From an uncultured archaeon (GTDB lineage Archaea > Thermoproteota > Nitrososphaeria > Nitrososphaerales > Gagatemarchaeaceae), in contig CAWFOU010000007.1 in the NCBI GenBank assembly GCA_963817525.1, positions 96,001 through 160,000 of the forward strand: a stretch of 64,000 nt of DNA. Direction: 5' to 3'. Below are positions 38,452 through 48,521 of the stretch, piece by piece. Both the position numbers and the translations under genes were made by a program. How positions within the stretch are numbered: position 1 is the stretch's first letter; each line of letters begins with the position of its first letter. A model generated the notes under the pieces. That model worked only from the letters and a program-made list of their open reading frames with translations. It was not told the DNA's origin and did no database searches.

Positions 38452-39448
38452 TCATCTGTTCGTCGGCAACGCCAAGGTCGGCACGGCCCACGCGCCGAGC
38501 CAGTTGGAAATCTCCTGAGCGTCAACTTGAGAGGCGGTTGACAAGTCTACGCGGTAGTGGGTCTGTGAAACGCCGGGAGGCTCCGCCATCGTAAAGTGAG
38601 GGGCGTCCGCAGCTCTGTACCACGCTAGGGACTTCTCGGCTTCAGTTGCGTCAAACCCAGGGCCGGGCTCATTCAATAACTCCATACCTGCCTGACGTAC
38701 GGCTCTCTCCAGCTTGATGAATTCTTCGGTCCCTGACAAATCTGCCCTAGCGCTGATAATCAACTCGCGAAGACTGAGTCCGGCATCTTCTTTTCGGAGG
38801 AGGAGAGATGCTATCATGATTTCTTCCCCTTCAAGTGGATAGATTTGTCGGTGAGCGAAATGATGTATCCGAACAGGCCCCAAAGCTGTCTTTACTTCGA
38901 CTCTTTTGGCAAAAGTCGAGAAGTCGAACTTGCGTGTCGTCTCACTATGCCAAAAAGGCGCCCAGAAGGCAAATCCTTTCACGAGACTCATCATAAAGAG
39001 TTCTCCCCACAGCCCCTGCCTTTCGCCTTGAAGGTCGGAGGATTGCTCCACTGAGAACAGTCTTGACATCGAGCCAAAGAAAGAGGTCAACATGGCAAGG
39101 TCTACTCTCCCTTCCTCATGACGGCTGACAAACGCATCTATGAGCACAAGGAAGGCTTCGACATCTCGGTCGTCAGCGGTCTCGCAGCGAAGAGCGTGAA
39201 AGCGCCCGGTGGTCACGGGACCCCCTATCGTTGCAACACTATACTCCTGTCCAACTTGGAGAGACACGTGAGAGGTACGCAAGGGCGGCTCGAGAACCCT
39301 TTCATCAGCTCGAATGAAGAGGCATGGCTTTAGTTGAGTCCACGCCAAGGTAAGTGTCGTCGTGACCAGGCAGTGCCATTACAGTGAAGGTGTGGCTAGA
39401 AGGGTTTGCCCGAAGCTCTTTGTAGATTTCCGCTGTCCGCGCTGACAT
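38452..39448 (-). pseudogene. PD-(D/E)XK motif protein (DUF4420-like), frameshifted near 39330
   Basis: GLWGEL, FDF...VEVKT...HHF. The N-terminus MSARTAEIY...YLGVDS lies in another frame. Confidence 0.65.
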
Positions 39449-39588
39449 GGCTATGGGCCACGCACTACGAAGCCGAGGTCGAACCTTGGGTCTCCCTCCG
39501 GAATGTAGAGTGCCAGAGCAGTCGTCAGTCTCGGCATCACAGGAGTTGTATAAACTTATATAGACAGCTAGCTCGCAGTTAAAAAGCC

Positions 39589-39885
39589 ATGACGCTTCAG
39601 ACCGCACGCCACAGCCGCATCTCGATCAAGAGAGTGTTGCACGAGCCGAAGATATCGACCATGATGATGATAGAGAAGGCTATACTCGACCATCAGGATT
39701 ATCTGATGAGGACGGAGCTCTGGAACTCCCTCCCGAAGAAGGTCCAGTATCAGACCTTCCAGAGGGCGCTCCAGTACCTCGAGAGCCACGGCACCATCGC
39801 CATCGATGATGAGGGAAAGATCTTCTACACCGGGGTCAACAACCAAAAGCTCAGGAAGCTGCTCGCCACGAGCGTCCCCGCCTAG
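39589..39885 (+). CDS. Winged-HTH protein, paralog of 47555-47854
   Basis: HEPKISTMMMIEKAI...LWNSLPKKVQYQTF...YLE. Confidence 0.75.
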   Translation: MTLQTARHSRISIKRVLHEPKISTMMMIEKAILDHQDYLMRTELWNSLPKKVQYQTFQRALQYLESHGTIAIDDEGKIFYTGVNNQKLRKLLATSVPA

Positions 39886-39889
39886 CGAA

Positions 39890-40213
39890 TCAATAACCGA
39901 ACCTCTCTTCGTAGCTCTTGTGTTCCAGGGCTTCGAGCACAAGCACGGAAACCTCGTCACCATCCCGAGCGAGCGTGTAGATCGCCCTGAAGCCCTCGGG
40001 GAGATGGTAGCGGAACAGGTTGTTCACGCCGAACCTTCTGATGTAGTGCTTGGGAATCAGGCTCTTTCGGATGCTCTCTCCAGCAAACATGTTTTCCAGA
40101 AGGACCAACTTCATGTTGTCAAGCCACTTCCGCTCCGGGTCGTTCTGCGGGAGACTGTCGAGGTGAGCCTGGAGCCTTTCTTCAAACTTGACTGATTTCG
40201 GGGCTCTGGCGAT
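39890..40213 (-). CDS. RelE/ParE-like toxin (start uncertain)
   Basis: GVNNLFRYHLPEGFRAIYT...HKSYEERFGY. The frame stays open upstream of ATG 40114 to about 40216. Confidence 0.65.
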   Translation of the reverse strand: MARAPKSVKFEERLQAHLDSLPQNDPERKWLDNMKLVLLENMFAGESIRKSLIPKHYIRRFGVNNLFRYHLPEGFRAIYTLARDGDEVSVLVLEALEHKSYEERFGY

Positions 40214-40378
40214 TGCTCAGCTCACCGATTCGAAAAACACCATCGGCATAGTAAAACGTTCTGAGCCGATCCAGATAGAAGGCAGAGGAAGCGGTAAAAC
40301 TAGGAAGGCCCGGAAGCGTCGTCGCGCTCCAGGCGGGAGAGGAGAGCCAAGAACCTATCAAGGACCTCGGTGCTTGAC

Positions 40379-41481
40379 CTACTGCCAAGTGTCTGTGAAT
40401 GTGGTTGATCCCGTTATCGAGCCGGCCGCTTCGAGTGTGCTGCTTTGATAGAGATCATAAAGGCCTACATTGTAGCTTGATCCGATGTAGGTGTCATGCA
40501 TCCCTGATGGATCTTCGTCCCAGCCAGTCAAGGTGGGGGAGTTTGCTGACCAAAGCACCAGGTTGTGATTCGAGTCTGGAGCTTCGAATATTCCTTCGGT
40601 TTGGACGAACGTTGACTGTGAAGAGCCACCATTGGCAAGGCTAACAGTGAGTGAGTAGCTCCAACTTCCTATTATCCACTGGAAGGTAGGGCTTTGGGTC
40701 GTCCCGAGGAACGAAAACACGTACTCCTCAGAAGTTCCGTTTATTGAGGTCGGGTAAGTACTAAGGTACTTTTCAGTGGAGTTCGAGCCATGGAAATCGG
40801 CATAGAATAGAAGCCATGTCATGGTATGATGACCCGTGTAACTTCCACCACCCGAGCATCCTGCCTCATTGTAGCACACATTCATCCCATTCTGAAGCAA
40901 TTCCCGGTCCCTGAATTACTGCCGCTCAGGCCGGTCCAAAAGCCTGTTGCGCAGCCCGACGCTCCACCATAGCAACTTCCGTCCCAGGTCAAGTCGCCGT
41001 CATACACCCCACTTGTCTGCAGCGTGTAGCTCGCGCTAGAACATACTAGGGCTGCTCCGGATGCCGTGAAGGTACAATTGCCAGATGCTCCTCCAGACCA
41101 ATTGCCGCTGGAAGCGGTAGGCGTATCTTTGAAGTCACCAGAGGTATTGGCCGGATTCAGGATGACCGTGGTCGCATTCATCTTGGCAACGGTAGCGGAC
41201 AATCCCGAATAGGGGTCGTTCAGAAGCTTATCGTAGGCAGTACGGTTCATCGACATCTGACCGTTACCAATGTACTGGATGGTGTAGGTTCCAGTCGGAT
41301 CCTGGATTATTCCTGTGTCGAGAGGGGGAACTATTGACGGCTCTGACACGCGTGGCGCGCTAGTGGAGCTAGGCGTGACGGCCATCGCCTGAATAGCCAT
41401 TACGTTTAGCGAGAGCAGAGACAAGAGGCCGATACTGAGAGCGATTGGGTAAGACTGTCTTGCGCCAATCTTGTGTTTCAT
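40379..41481 (-). pseudogene. G1-peptidase-like secreted protein, frameshifted at ~40900
   Basis: Signal peptide, SGNWSG, FWTGLS | LLQNG, TEGIFE; the two ORFs join by a 1-nt shift. Confidence 0.6.
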
Positions 41482-41570
41482 TAGGCTTCGTAACACTCAA
41501 ACATTGGATATGAGAGTTTATCAGAGGACTCTGACTAAAGTATTTATAATAGAAACGCCGCTTTTTCCAA

Positions 41571-42140
41571 ATGTCTCGACTAGGCTCCATCCTAGTTGCT
41601 CTTATCGGCTTCGCAATTCTTAGCACAGTATTTGCAAGTATCCATCTCCTGACACTATCAGGTAACCGCCTCCAAGACTCGCTTCCCGCCGGAAGTTCGA
41701 CTCCGCAATCTTTGCTTTTCCTTCTGCCAGCAGTTCGGTTCCTTTCAAACAATTCATTTGTACTTGCGCCTACAAGTTGGCTCCTTGTCGGAGGTGTATG
41801 GATGTGGCGCGGGCGCCTCAAGTCCAGGTGGGAAGAACTTGGATTTGACTCGGATGTATTCCAGCTTTTCGTGAAGATGAAGGGCGGAAGAACCAAGCTG
41901 AAAGTGATGAATGCTCTTGGAAAGCCCAAAGATCGCTACCAATTGGCAAAAGAGCTCGGCTTGGACTGGAGAGCCGTTGACCAACACCTCGTAGCCCTGG
42001 CTCGTTGTGGGTTGGTTAGCAATGATGTAGTATATGGCAAGGTACGCATGTACGCACTGACATCGTCAGGAACACGACTTCTCAGGCTGCTGGAAGACAT
42101 GAATGCAGAGACAGATAAGATACCCGCCCACATCGACTAA
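41571..42140 (+). CDS. Membrane-anchored ArsR-like winged-HTH regulator
   Basis: Two TM segments, then KMKGGRTKLKVMNAL...QLAKELGLDWRAVDQHL. Confidence 0.75.
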   Translation: MSRLGSILVALIGFAILSTVFASIHLLTLSGNRLQDSLPAGSSTPQSLLFLLPAVRFLSNNSFVLAPTSWLLVGGVWMWRGRLKSRWEELGFDSDVFQLFVKMKGGRTKLKVMNALGKPKDRYQLAKELGLDWRAVDQHLVALARCGLVSNDVVYGKVRMYALTSSGTRLLRLLEDMNAETDKIPAHID

Positions 42141-42510
42141 CTGAACTGAAGCGGTCCCTCTTGGGAATATGAGAGCCAAACTCTACACTACGCGCCCCGC
42201 CTCTTCGGGCTTGGTCGTGAAGCAGCCGTATTCCAGCGACGTCAGCATGTTGTAGAAGGGAACCCTCCCCTGCCCGTAAAGAGCATCCCGAACCCCTTGT
42301 CTACGCGCTCGATGAAGGCCTTCTCCTGGTCTTTCTTTCGACTTCATGACGGGGTCGCGTATATGGCTCATCAGCCATAACAAACCTAAAGAGAAGAAAG
42401 GAAGCTATGCGCGATAGCCCACACCAGCACCGGCAGGGGTGAAGAGTTCCTCGATGCGCTGCGGGGACCGGCCGAGCGTCCCGATCCGGGCGCGCCAGGC
42501 GACATTTGAG

Positions 42511-42780
42511 ATGAAATATCGAAGCAGGGTCGCGATCGCTTCCAACATCCTGCAGGTGGCTCGAGCGGGGAACGCGACCAAGACCAGGCTGATGTACGGG
42601 TCGTTCCTCTCCTTCGCCCAAATCAACGAGTACCTGGACTTCCTGCAGCTTAACGGACTCATCGTCCTGAGCGGAGAGACCCGCGTATACGCCCTCACCG
42701 AGAAGGGCCTGCGCTTCCTTCGCATCTATGACGAGCTGAGCGCTTTGGTCCCGTTCGACGGGCCCGTCCCGCCCGTCTGA
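42511..42780 (+). CDS. Winged-HTH protein (archaeal HTH_45-type)
   Basis: MKYRSRVAIASNIL...TKTRLMYGSFLSFAQINEYL...TEKG. Confidence 0.8.
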   Translation: MKYRSRVAIASNILQVARAGNATKTRLMYGSFLSFAQINEYLDFLQLNGLIVLSGETRVYALTEKGLRFLRIYDELSALVPFDGPVPPV

Positions 42781-43161
42781 GCCCTTAATGTGGCGTCGCT
42801 GATGACGCGACTACCTGCTTCCGTCGGGCTTCACAGCTTGTCGATGGTCGAGGAAGGTATCGACCCCTTCTGGCCTATGGCCTCGACGATCTAGTTCACT
42901 TTACCTCTGCCCCACGTCATCCTCTATTTGATGTCCCCAGAACAGCGGAGAAAAGGAGAGGGTAGGCGACCTTGAAGGCTCGTCGAGGACAACCCGGCAA
43001 CTTACACGAGTGATTCCGGAAATCTGATTGCCGACCAGCAGTTCGATCGGAGAGTCGAGAGCGGGGGGAGGACCAAGTATCAGTCACTGCAAGAGAGAGG
43101 AAGTCTGGCAAAAGCGGTCCAAAAAAAACAATAAGGCAGATAAGAAAGATATCCGCATTCA

Positions 43162-43434
43162 TGTGAGGGCTCCAGGATGGCTCTTCGCCTTCCTGCTGAT
43201 GCGGAGGGGTGGGCACGGCTCGTTATTAGCCTAGCGACTCGACCGGGGTAGCAGCTCGCCACGCTCCGCTTTTACCGCATGCATTCGATAAGCGCTCCAC
43301 CTATGGTGGGCGTATTCTGACGATTCAACGGAAGCGGAGCATGCCACACTCAACGGGCAAAGCTCTCGGAGCTTGCGCTCCGCGCTCAGCGGATATAGAG
43401 TGGTCAGGCGTGCTGCCCTGTCCCGACTGTCGCG
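43162..43434 (-). ncRNA. Putative bridge/seek RNA of the IS110 element
   Basis: Stem-loops with internal loops. Segments at 43389-43396 and 43347-43356 match the left and right flanks of the insertion site. Confidence 0.7.
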
Positions 43435-44589
43435 CTAGGCTACGCCGCCACCTCCTCTCTCGAGGCCTTCGAGCTTCTTGTTCGTGAGCGCTTCGTTCTC
43501 CCACCTCCAGTGCTCCCTCGTCTTCAGGACGTGGTAGGTCATCCGGAGCAGCTTCTTCATCGCGAGGACGTGGGCTCGCTTGCCGCTCTTTGTCCTCTCC
43601 TTCTGGTGGACGTAGTACCGGTGGAGGTGGGGGTTCCAGTGCATGACCGTGTCGGTCATGATCCCGAGGGTCCACCTGGCTATCGACGGGCCGTCCTTGG
43701 ACATCCTGCCTCTCCTCTTCACGTTCGCGCTGTCGCGCGTCTCCGGTATGATCCCGAAGAAGCTCGCCAGGTGGTCGACCGTCGGGAAGCGGTTGACGTC
43801 CCTGACGTACGAGGAGAAGAGCGCAGCGAGATAGTAGTCCACCCCGGGGATCGTCATGAGGAGCTTCACGTCCTCGTTGTCCTTTACGAGCGCCTTGGTC
43901 CTCTCCTCGAGCGGAGCGCATCTCTCCTCGTAGAACGCGATCTTCTCCATCATCGTCTTCAGGACGAGGTCCCTGTCGTCGCCGAACCTGATCGACCTGA
44001 TCGCCTCCCTCCTCGCGGCGCTGAAGTTGTTGTTCGCCTTCGGGAGCGTCGCGTAGACGTCCTCTCTCTTGAGGTAGCTGATCGCCGAGCTCTTCGTCCT
44101 CGCGATCTCCACGCCGAGCTTCACCCGCTGAATCAGGAGGCCCCTCAGGGTCTGTTCCTCCCTCGTGAGGAGGTGCGACTCTGGCAGCATGTCCATGAAG
44201 AGTAGCCTCGCGATCTTCTCGGAGTCTGCCCTGTCGTTCTTCTTCTTGGACCTCACGATGAGCGCGAGCTCCTTCGGGTGGGCGACCGTGATGTTCTGAT
44301 ATCCCATCGCCCGCAGCCTCCTGTTGACGGGATAGGCCATCGTGCTCGCCTCGTACCCGATCCTCGCGTCCTTCGGTATCCTGCTGGAGAAGAGGGCGTA
44401 GCCCGCGTCGTCCATGGAGAAGTTGAACCTCTCCGATATCTCGCCCAGGACGGAGTACATCGTCGCGACGCTGAACTCTTCGCCCAGGTCCAGTCCTACG
44501 GCAGGTGTCCTCGGAACGCTCAGTTGGCTCATTGCCCTTCGAACTGTCCTCGTGTCGTTTTTCTCTTTCTTCGTTGTCATTCTCTTCAC
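43435..44589 (-). CDS. IS110-family transposase/recombinase
   Basis: VGLDLG, YEAS, KNDRADS, TIPGVD, FFGIIPETRDSA (catalytic Ser), GRMSK. Confidence 0.93.
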   Translation of the reverse strand: MKRMTTKKEKNDTRTVRRAMSQLSVPRTPAVGLDLGEEFSVATMYSVLGEISERFNFSMDDAGYALFSSRIPKDARIGYEASTMAYPVNRRLRAMGYQNITVAHPKELALIVRSKKKNDRADSEKIARLLFMDMLPESHLLTREEQTLRGLLIQRVKLGVEIARTKSSAISYLKREDVYATLPKANNNFSAARREAIRSIRFGDDRDLVLKTMMEKIAFYEERCAPLEERTKALVKDNEDVKLLMTIPGVDYYLAALFSSYVRDVNRFPTVDHLASFFGIIPETRDSANVKRRGRMSKDGPSIARWTLGIMTDTVMHWNPHLHRYYVHQKERTKSGKRAHVLAMKKLLRMTYHVLKTREHWRWENEALTNKKLEGLERGGGGVA

Positions 44590-45011
44590 CCTGACGCAGT
44601 AGCGACTCCCGTCCTGACGGGAGTCGCGGGCGAAGAGCCATCCGGAGGAGAGCCCTCACAATTCAGTCAACGGTATCAGAAGAGCGGCTGGATTAGGACG
44701 ACGGTGTCAACGATTCGCATGGGAACCCGGCCTTTACTTCTCCATCGTCCTGAAGAGGTACTCCTCGGCGTCCCCGTCCACGTGACCATTCAGCTTGCCC
44801 TGCAGTTGTTCACTCAACTTCAAGGCCAGCCTCTCGAGCTCGGCCCTTCACGGCTTCCTCTTCTCTTCCTGCTTAGGTTCCATGCCCTTGGCCTCCCGAC
44901 CTGGTCCCGTCCTGATAAGGTTGCCGCGCTCGGGTTTGGTTCTGTCCCGTTGACGGGCGATCCGCGAGCGTATCCCAAACTGGGTGATTTCGCCTTTGTC
45001 GTGGTCAGCCT

Positions 45012-45380
45012 TCAGTCGTCTTTCGGAGGGTCGATGAAGGTGTAAAGGGCGCTCATTCGCCCTCCGGTGACGACACCCACGTCCATCCCCGTAATATTCA
45101 TCGGTTCGCTCGGTGGCCCAAATGCCCACGAAAAGCGCCCGACGCCGTGAAACGCTTGTATCGGACCGAGTAAAGTAAAGAGATATCCGGGGAACTGATC
45201 ATGGAGGCTTGCGGCCGTCTCATCCAATTCTGCTTGGCCGTGATGAGGCCCGTCAAGATCGATGAAGACCCCGTCAGCAGTCCAGATATTCGCGATAGCG
45301 GCACGGCGTTTTTCTGCGTCACGCTCGTTGAACACCGTGTAGAGGTTCCGTTTGAGCAGGCTTTCTGTCATCTCTGGCAT
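45012..45380 (-). CDS. SnoaL/NTF2-like protein
   Basis: VFNERDAEKRRAAI...WTADGVFID...TGMDV. Confidence 0.8.
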   Translation of the reverse strand: MPEMTESLLKRNLYTVFNERDAEKRRAAIANIWTADGVFIDLDGPHHGQAELDETAASLHDQFPGYLFTLLGPIQAFHGVGRFSWAFGPPSEPMNITGMDVGVVTGGRMSALYTFIDPPKDD

Positions 45381-45565
45381 ATGAGTATCTCTTAGTAAAC
45401 ACGGGCTTCTATTTTAGCTGTCAAAAACCTGACGGACTGTAGTTGCAGAGGACTATCTCTTCGCCCCGTGACCGGCAGTTCGATGGCGTCCGCTCGCGCC
45501 AGGTCTTCATGTGCCGTACGCAAAAAGAGAAAAAGATGGAATACGGCTTCAAAGGCCTGGTCAGC

Positions 45566-45722
45566 ATTTAACGCGGGTCGGGCAGGTTGCCATTCTCGGG
45601 ACGGCTTTTGGCAACCCTGCAGTCCAAATGGCAACCCTGGATGGCGATTTGGCAACCTCCTGCCTCGGTTTTGGCAACCCCAGGACAGGTTTTGGCAACC
45701 TTCGACCCGTAATTTGGCAACC
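45566..45722. repeat. Iteron-like array (TGGCAACC x6 direct plus 1 inverted, 20-22 bp spacing)
   Basis: Copies at 45609, 45629, 45650, 45672, 45693, 45715; inverted GGTTGCCA at 45585. Confidence 0.85.
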
Positions 45723-46546
45723 CTGCTCTGCCGCGCTGCCAAAGCCGCGAGCCGCGGGAGGCGGAGTCTGCCGGGCTCTTGAGGTCGGCAGGATGTCGGT
45801 ATAGACCTGGAAATCGGTCCAAAAAACACACAAGGGGGAGGGAATTAACTAACCCGCAACTCTCTACCTGCGCTCACATACGGCTACTGCGTCTCGATTC
45901 GATGTATTGGCAGCTTGGACGGAGGACGCTTCGGGCATGAGCTCGAGCAGGGTGGCCGACGGGACGAAGAGGTCTTTCAGGTCCGATGTAGAAGACGTAC
46001 TCGTTCGCTCTTTCGTATCGGGGGTCTTTGCTGTCCATGTGGGCGAATTAGGACGGCGGTGTCAAAGGTCTGCATTGGAGGAACCCGGCCGTCGCTTCCT
46101 GAAGAGGAGCTTCTCCGCATCCATTCTTCGTCCTGTCCAGGACGCGCATGCAGCGCCCTCCGACCACCCGGGGCTGTTTGATATTGGCGCGTCTACGGAT
46201 CTCCTAACGCGGGCGTGAGTGGTGAGGTAAATGTTCGGGGTGGTCGCGGCTCAGAATCATTGCCTCTAGGCACGAAGTAGCAATCGCGCAGCTCTGCCGC
46301 TTGGGCATAGCCGAAGCTACCCTGCTTCTCGGACGGCACACTCCTACTGGAGCGGGCCTCTGTTTTTTTGGGGGGGGTTGCTTTGGATAGCGGTCGAGAA
46401 GTACGCGGGGATATTTAACGCGGGCAGAGCGCGGCGGTTCCTGTCGCGCTTTCCATGACCTGGACACACTCGAGCCCAAAACACCCGGACGTCGCGAGCC
46501 GGTCAGGGCCGGGCCATGACGAAAAGGCGCGGGTGCCGATGGCAAA

Positions 46547-46658
46547 GTGGACATTCGGGTCGAAAGTGGACATCCAGAAGGGTTCTGAGGCTGAATAGTG
46601 ACATCGAAAAGGGGCGAAGGGTGACATTTCTGGTTCGAATGGTGACATCGCAGGTCCA
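46547..46658. repeat. Second iteron-like array (GTG(G)ACAT x5)
   Basis: Copies at 46547, 46566, 46598, 46621, 46642. Confidence 0.7.
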
Positions 46659-46741
46659 CCTTGACCCCAGAGGGGCCCCTGGCGTGTCGAGTTTCGAAGA
46701 GTACGTGGGTCCCTAGGAGCACCGGACATTCGGATCGATGC

Positions 46742-46878
46742 TAATGCTCCACCCTGGAACATTAGCGCGTTTGGGCTAATGCTCCACCCTGGAACATTAT
46801 TGCACTTGGAGTAATGCACAACCCTTGTGCATTGTGGCTTTTGGGCTAATGCACAACCCTTGTGCATTAACCAGTCCG
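46742..46878. repeat. Four 35-bp tandem units with 10-3-10 palindromes (centre CCC)
   Basis: TAATGCTCCA-CCC-TGGAACATTA at 46742 and 46777; TAATGCACAA-CCC-TTGTGCATT(G/A) at 46812 and 46847. Confidence 0.9.
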
Positions 46879-47060
46879 GGAGACCGTGATATCCAGGTCA
46901 GAGACGCAATCAGGCCCTAAGGATCATTTTCGCGGTTCTCGCCGTTCAGTCGCGGACGTTACCTCCTCTGGAGGTCCCGTGACCCGCTGGGCTTTCATCG
47001 AGCCGCACTCGAATAGTGATGGCGGGCTATTTATTTCAATATCTGGTATCCTGTTCCAGG

Positions 47061-47357
47061 TTAGTCGGTCCTGGATGACTGGTACTTCGACGCCCAGTCC
47101 ATGAGCTCGTGCATCTCGTTTTCCACATTGAACTTGTATGCCTGCGCGTTCCCTATCTTGCGCGTCGGCTCCATGACCTTCCTCTCGACGAACTTGTTCA
47201 CGACCTTCTGGACGGTCTTGAAGCTCATGCCGGTCGATTCTCCGAGCATGGATATCGTCTGCTCCATGTTGCCGACCAGCAGACTCTGGTCCAGGACTCT
47301 GGCTTGCGCGCTCCCAAATATCGAAAAGAATGGTCCTGATGACTCGTACTTTGACAT
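47061..47357 (-). CDS. Winged-HTH protein
   Basis: IFGSAQARVLD...TISMLGESTGMSFKTV...TRKIGNAQAYKFN. Confidence 0.75.
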   Translation of the reverse strand: MSKYESSGPFFSIFGSAQARVLDQSLLVGNMEQTISMLGESTGMSFKTVQKVVNKFVERKVMEPTRKIGNAQAYKFNVENEMHELMDWASKYQSSRTD

Positions 47358-47554
47358 CTTTCTGCCTCTACAGGCGTTATTGAGAGCCGCACATTTTTAA
47401 GATTTGCCTAAATTCCATTGTTATTGGAAATATGTCCGCTGTTGAGAGGAGCCGCTCTGTGTTGCGCGGTGCAAACAAAAAGTCGCTAGAGGGACAGCAC
47501 CACAGCGCTCAGGCAAGAATATTTATATATAGTTATATAACTCACACGAGCGCC

Positions 47555-47854
47555 TTGCTGAAGAGCGACTCTGTGCGGGGACGTAGACCGGATAGTGCCT
47601 CGCATTCACCTACGCTCGATAGTATTCTGATGGTTGAAGCAGCCATAAAGCAGAGCAATACCCCGCCCTCGAAGGTTCAGCTCTGGCGTTCCCTCCCCAG
47701 GAGGATGATGTACCAGACGTTCCAGAGCATCGTGCAGTACCTGGAGGCATCGAATAAGATCATATTCGATGGAAGGAGGAGGATAGTCTGGGTTGCCGTC
47801 GACAATCCCAAGCTAGAGGCACTAATCAGGACCGGCGTGCGCCTCCGAGGCTAG
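47555..47854 (+). CDS. Winged-HTH protein, paralog of 39589-39885
   Basis: HSPTLDSILMVEAAI...LWRSLPRRMMYQTF...YLEASNKI. TATA-like TTTATATAT lies ~25 bp before TTG 47555. Confidence 0.75.
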   Translation: MLKSDSVRGRRPDSASHSPTLDSILMVEAAIKQSNTPPSKVQLWRSLPRRMMYQTFQSIVQYLEASNKIIFDGRRRIVWVAVDNPKLEALIRTGVRLRG

Positions 47855-47867
47855 ACAGAGAAACACT

Positions 47868-48218
47868 TCAGACGTCGTACCCGAACTTCTTGGCGTAGTC
47901 CTTGTGGGTCTGGAAGAAATCAATCACTCTCACTATTCCTCTCCCGTCACGATTCAGAATCACAGTGTATGAGATCCTCGCGCCTTTCGTGAGGTTGGCC
48001 TTGTAGACGTTCCCCAACCCCATCCGCTTGTATTCCTCTGGCCACCTGTCCTTCGGGACGAAGGCGCCTGCTTTGAGCGGGGCCCTCTCCAGGCTTTCAA
48101 CCAGCGAATCAATCGACTTCTTCATTTCCTCGCCTTCGTTCAGCGACCGATAGTATTCCCGGAACTCAGCGGGCACCGTGACCTCGAAGGTCTTCTCTTT
48201 CGGAGACTTCCGACTCAT
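47868..48218 (-). CDS. RelE/ParE-like toxin
   Basis: GLGNVYKANLTKGARISYT...THKDYAKKFGY; paralog of 39890-40213. Confidence 0.7.
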   Translation of the reverse strand: MSRKSPKEKTFEVTVPAEFREYYRSLNEGEEMKKSIDSLVESLERAPLKAGAFVPKDRWPEEYKRMGLGNVYKANLTKGARISYTVILNRDGRGIVRVIDFFQTHKDYAKKFGYDV

Positions 48219-48521
48219 TTCGCAGCCACGCTCGGGGCCTTATTCACGCCTGCCCACGATGGAGTGGATCGTTCGAGTTAAACACCCCTGTTCCGCCCAA
48301 TTTTTTGCCTCATCTTCCCGTAGAGCTTCATCGCGCCGTCCCTGCCGGACCCTCCCGGGCAGAACAGGTCTATCACGACCTAGACGGGTTCGGCCAAGGT
48401 GAATTCTCCCTTCCTCCGCGCGGTATCTAGAATCAGCTCGGAAAATGATCACAGCCTGTAGCGTTGTGAATCTCAGGCTCGCGTTAAGAGCTTCTCGCCG
48501 CACACTCTGACGAACCGGAAG

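Larger units (their letters stand above)
43157..44665 (-). mobile_element. IS110-family (IS1111-type) insertion sequence
   Basis: ATTCA core at both ends (43157-43161, 44661-44665). Subterminal inverted repeats TGTGAGGGCTC..GGATGGCTCTTCGCC at 43162 and, inverted, ending at 44660. Long non-coding region downstream of the transposase. Confidence 0.88.

Noticed and set aside
42761-42780. GACGGGCCCGTCCCGCCCG as another att copy
   Set aside because: It lies inside a CDS, matches the core poorly and has no upstream inverted repeat.
45392-45833. ORFs spanning the TGGCAACC array
   Set aside because: Repeat spacing of 20-22 bp does not keep frame, and all frames give similar low-information peptides.
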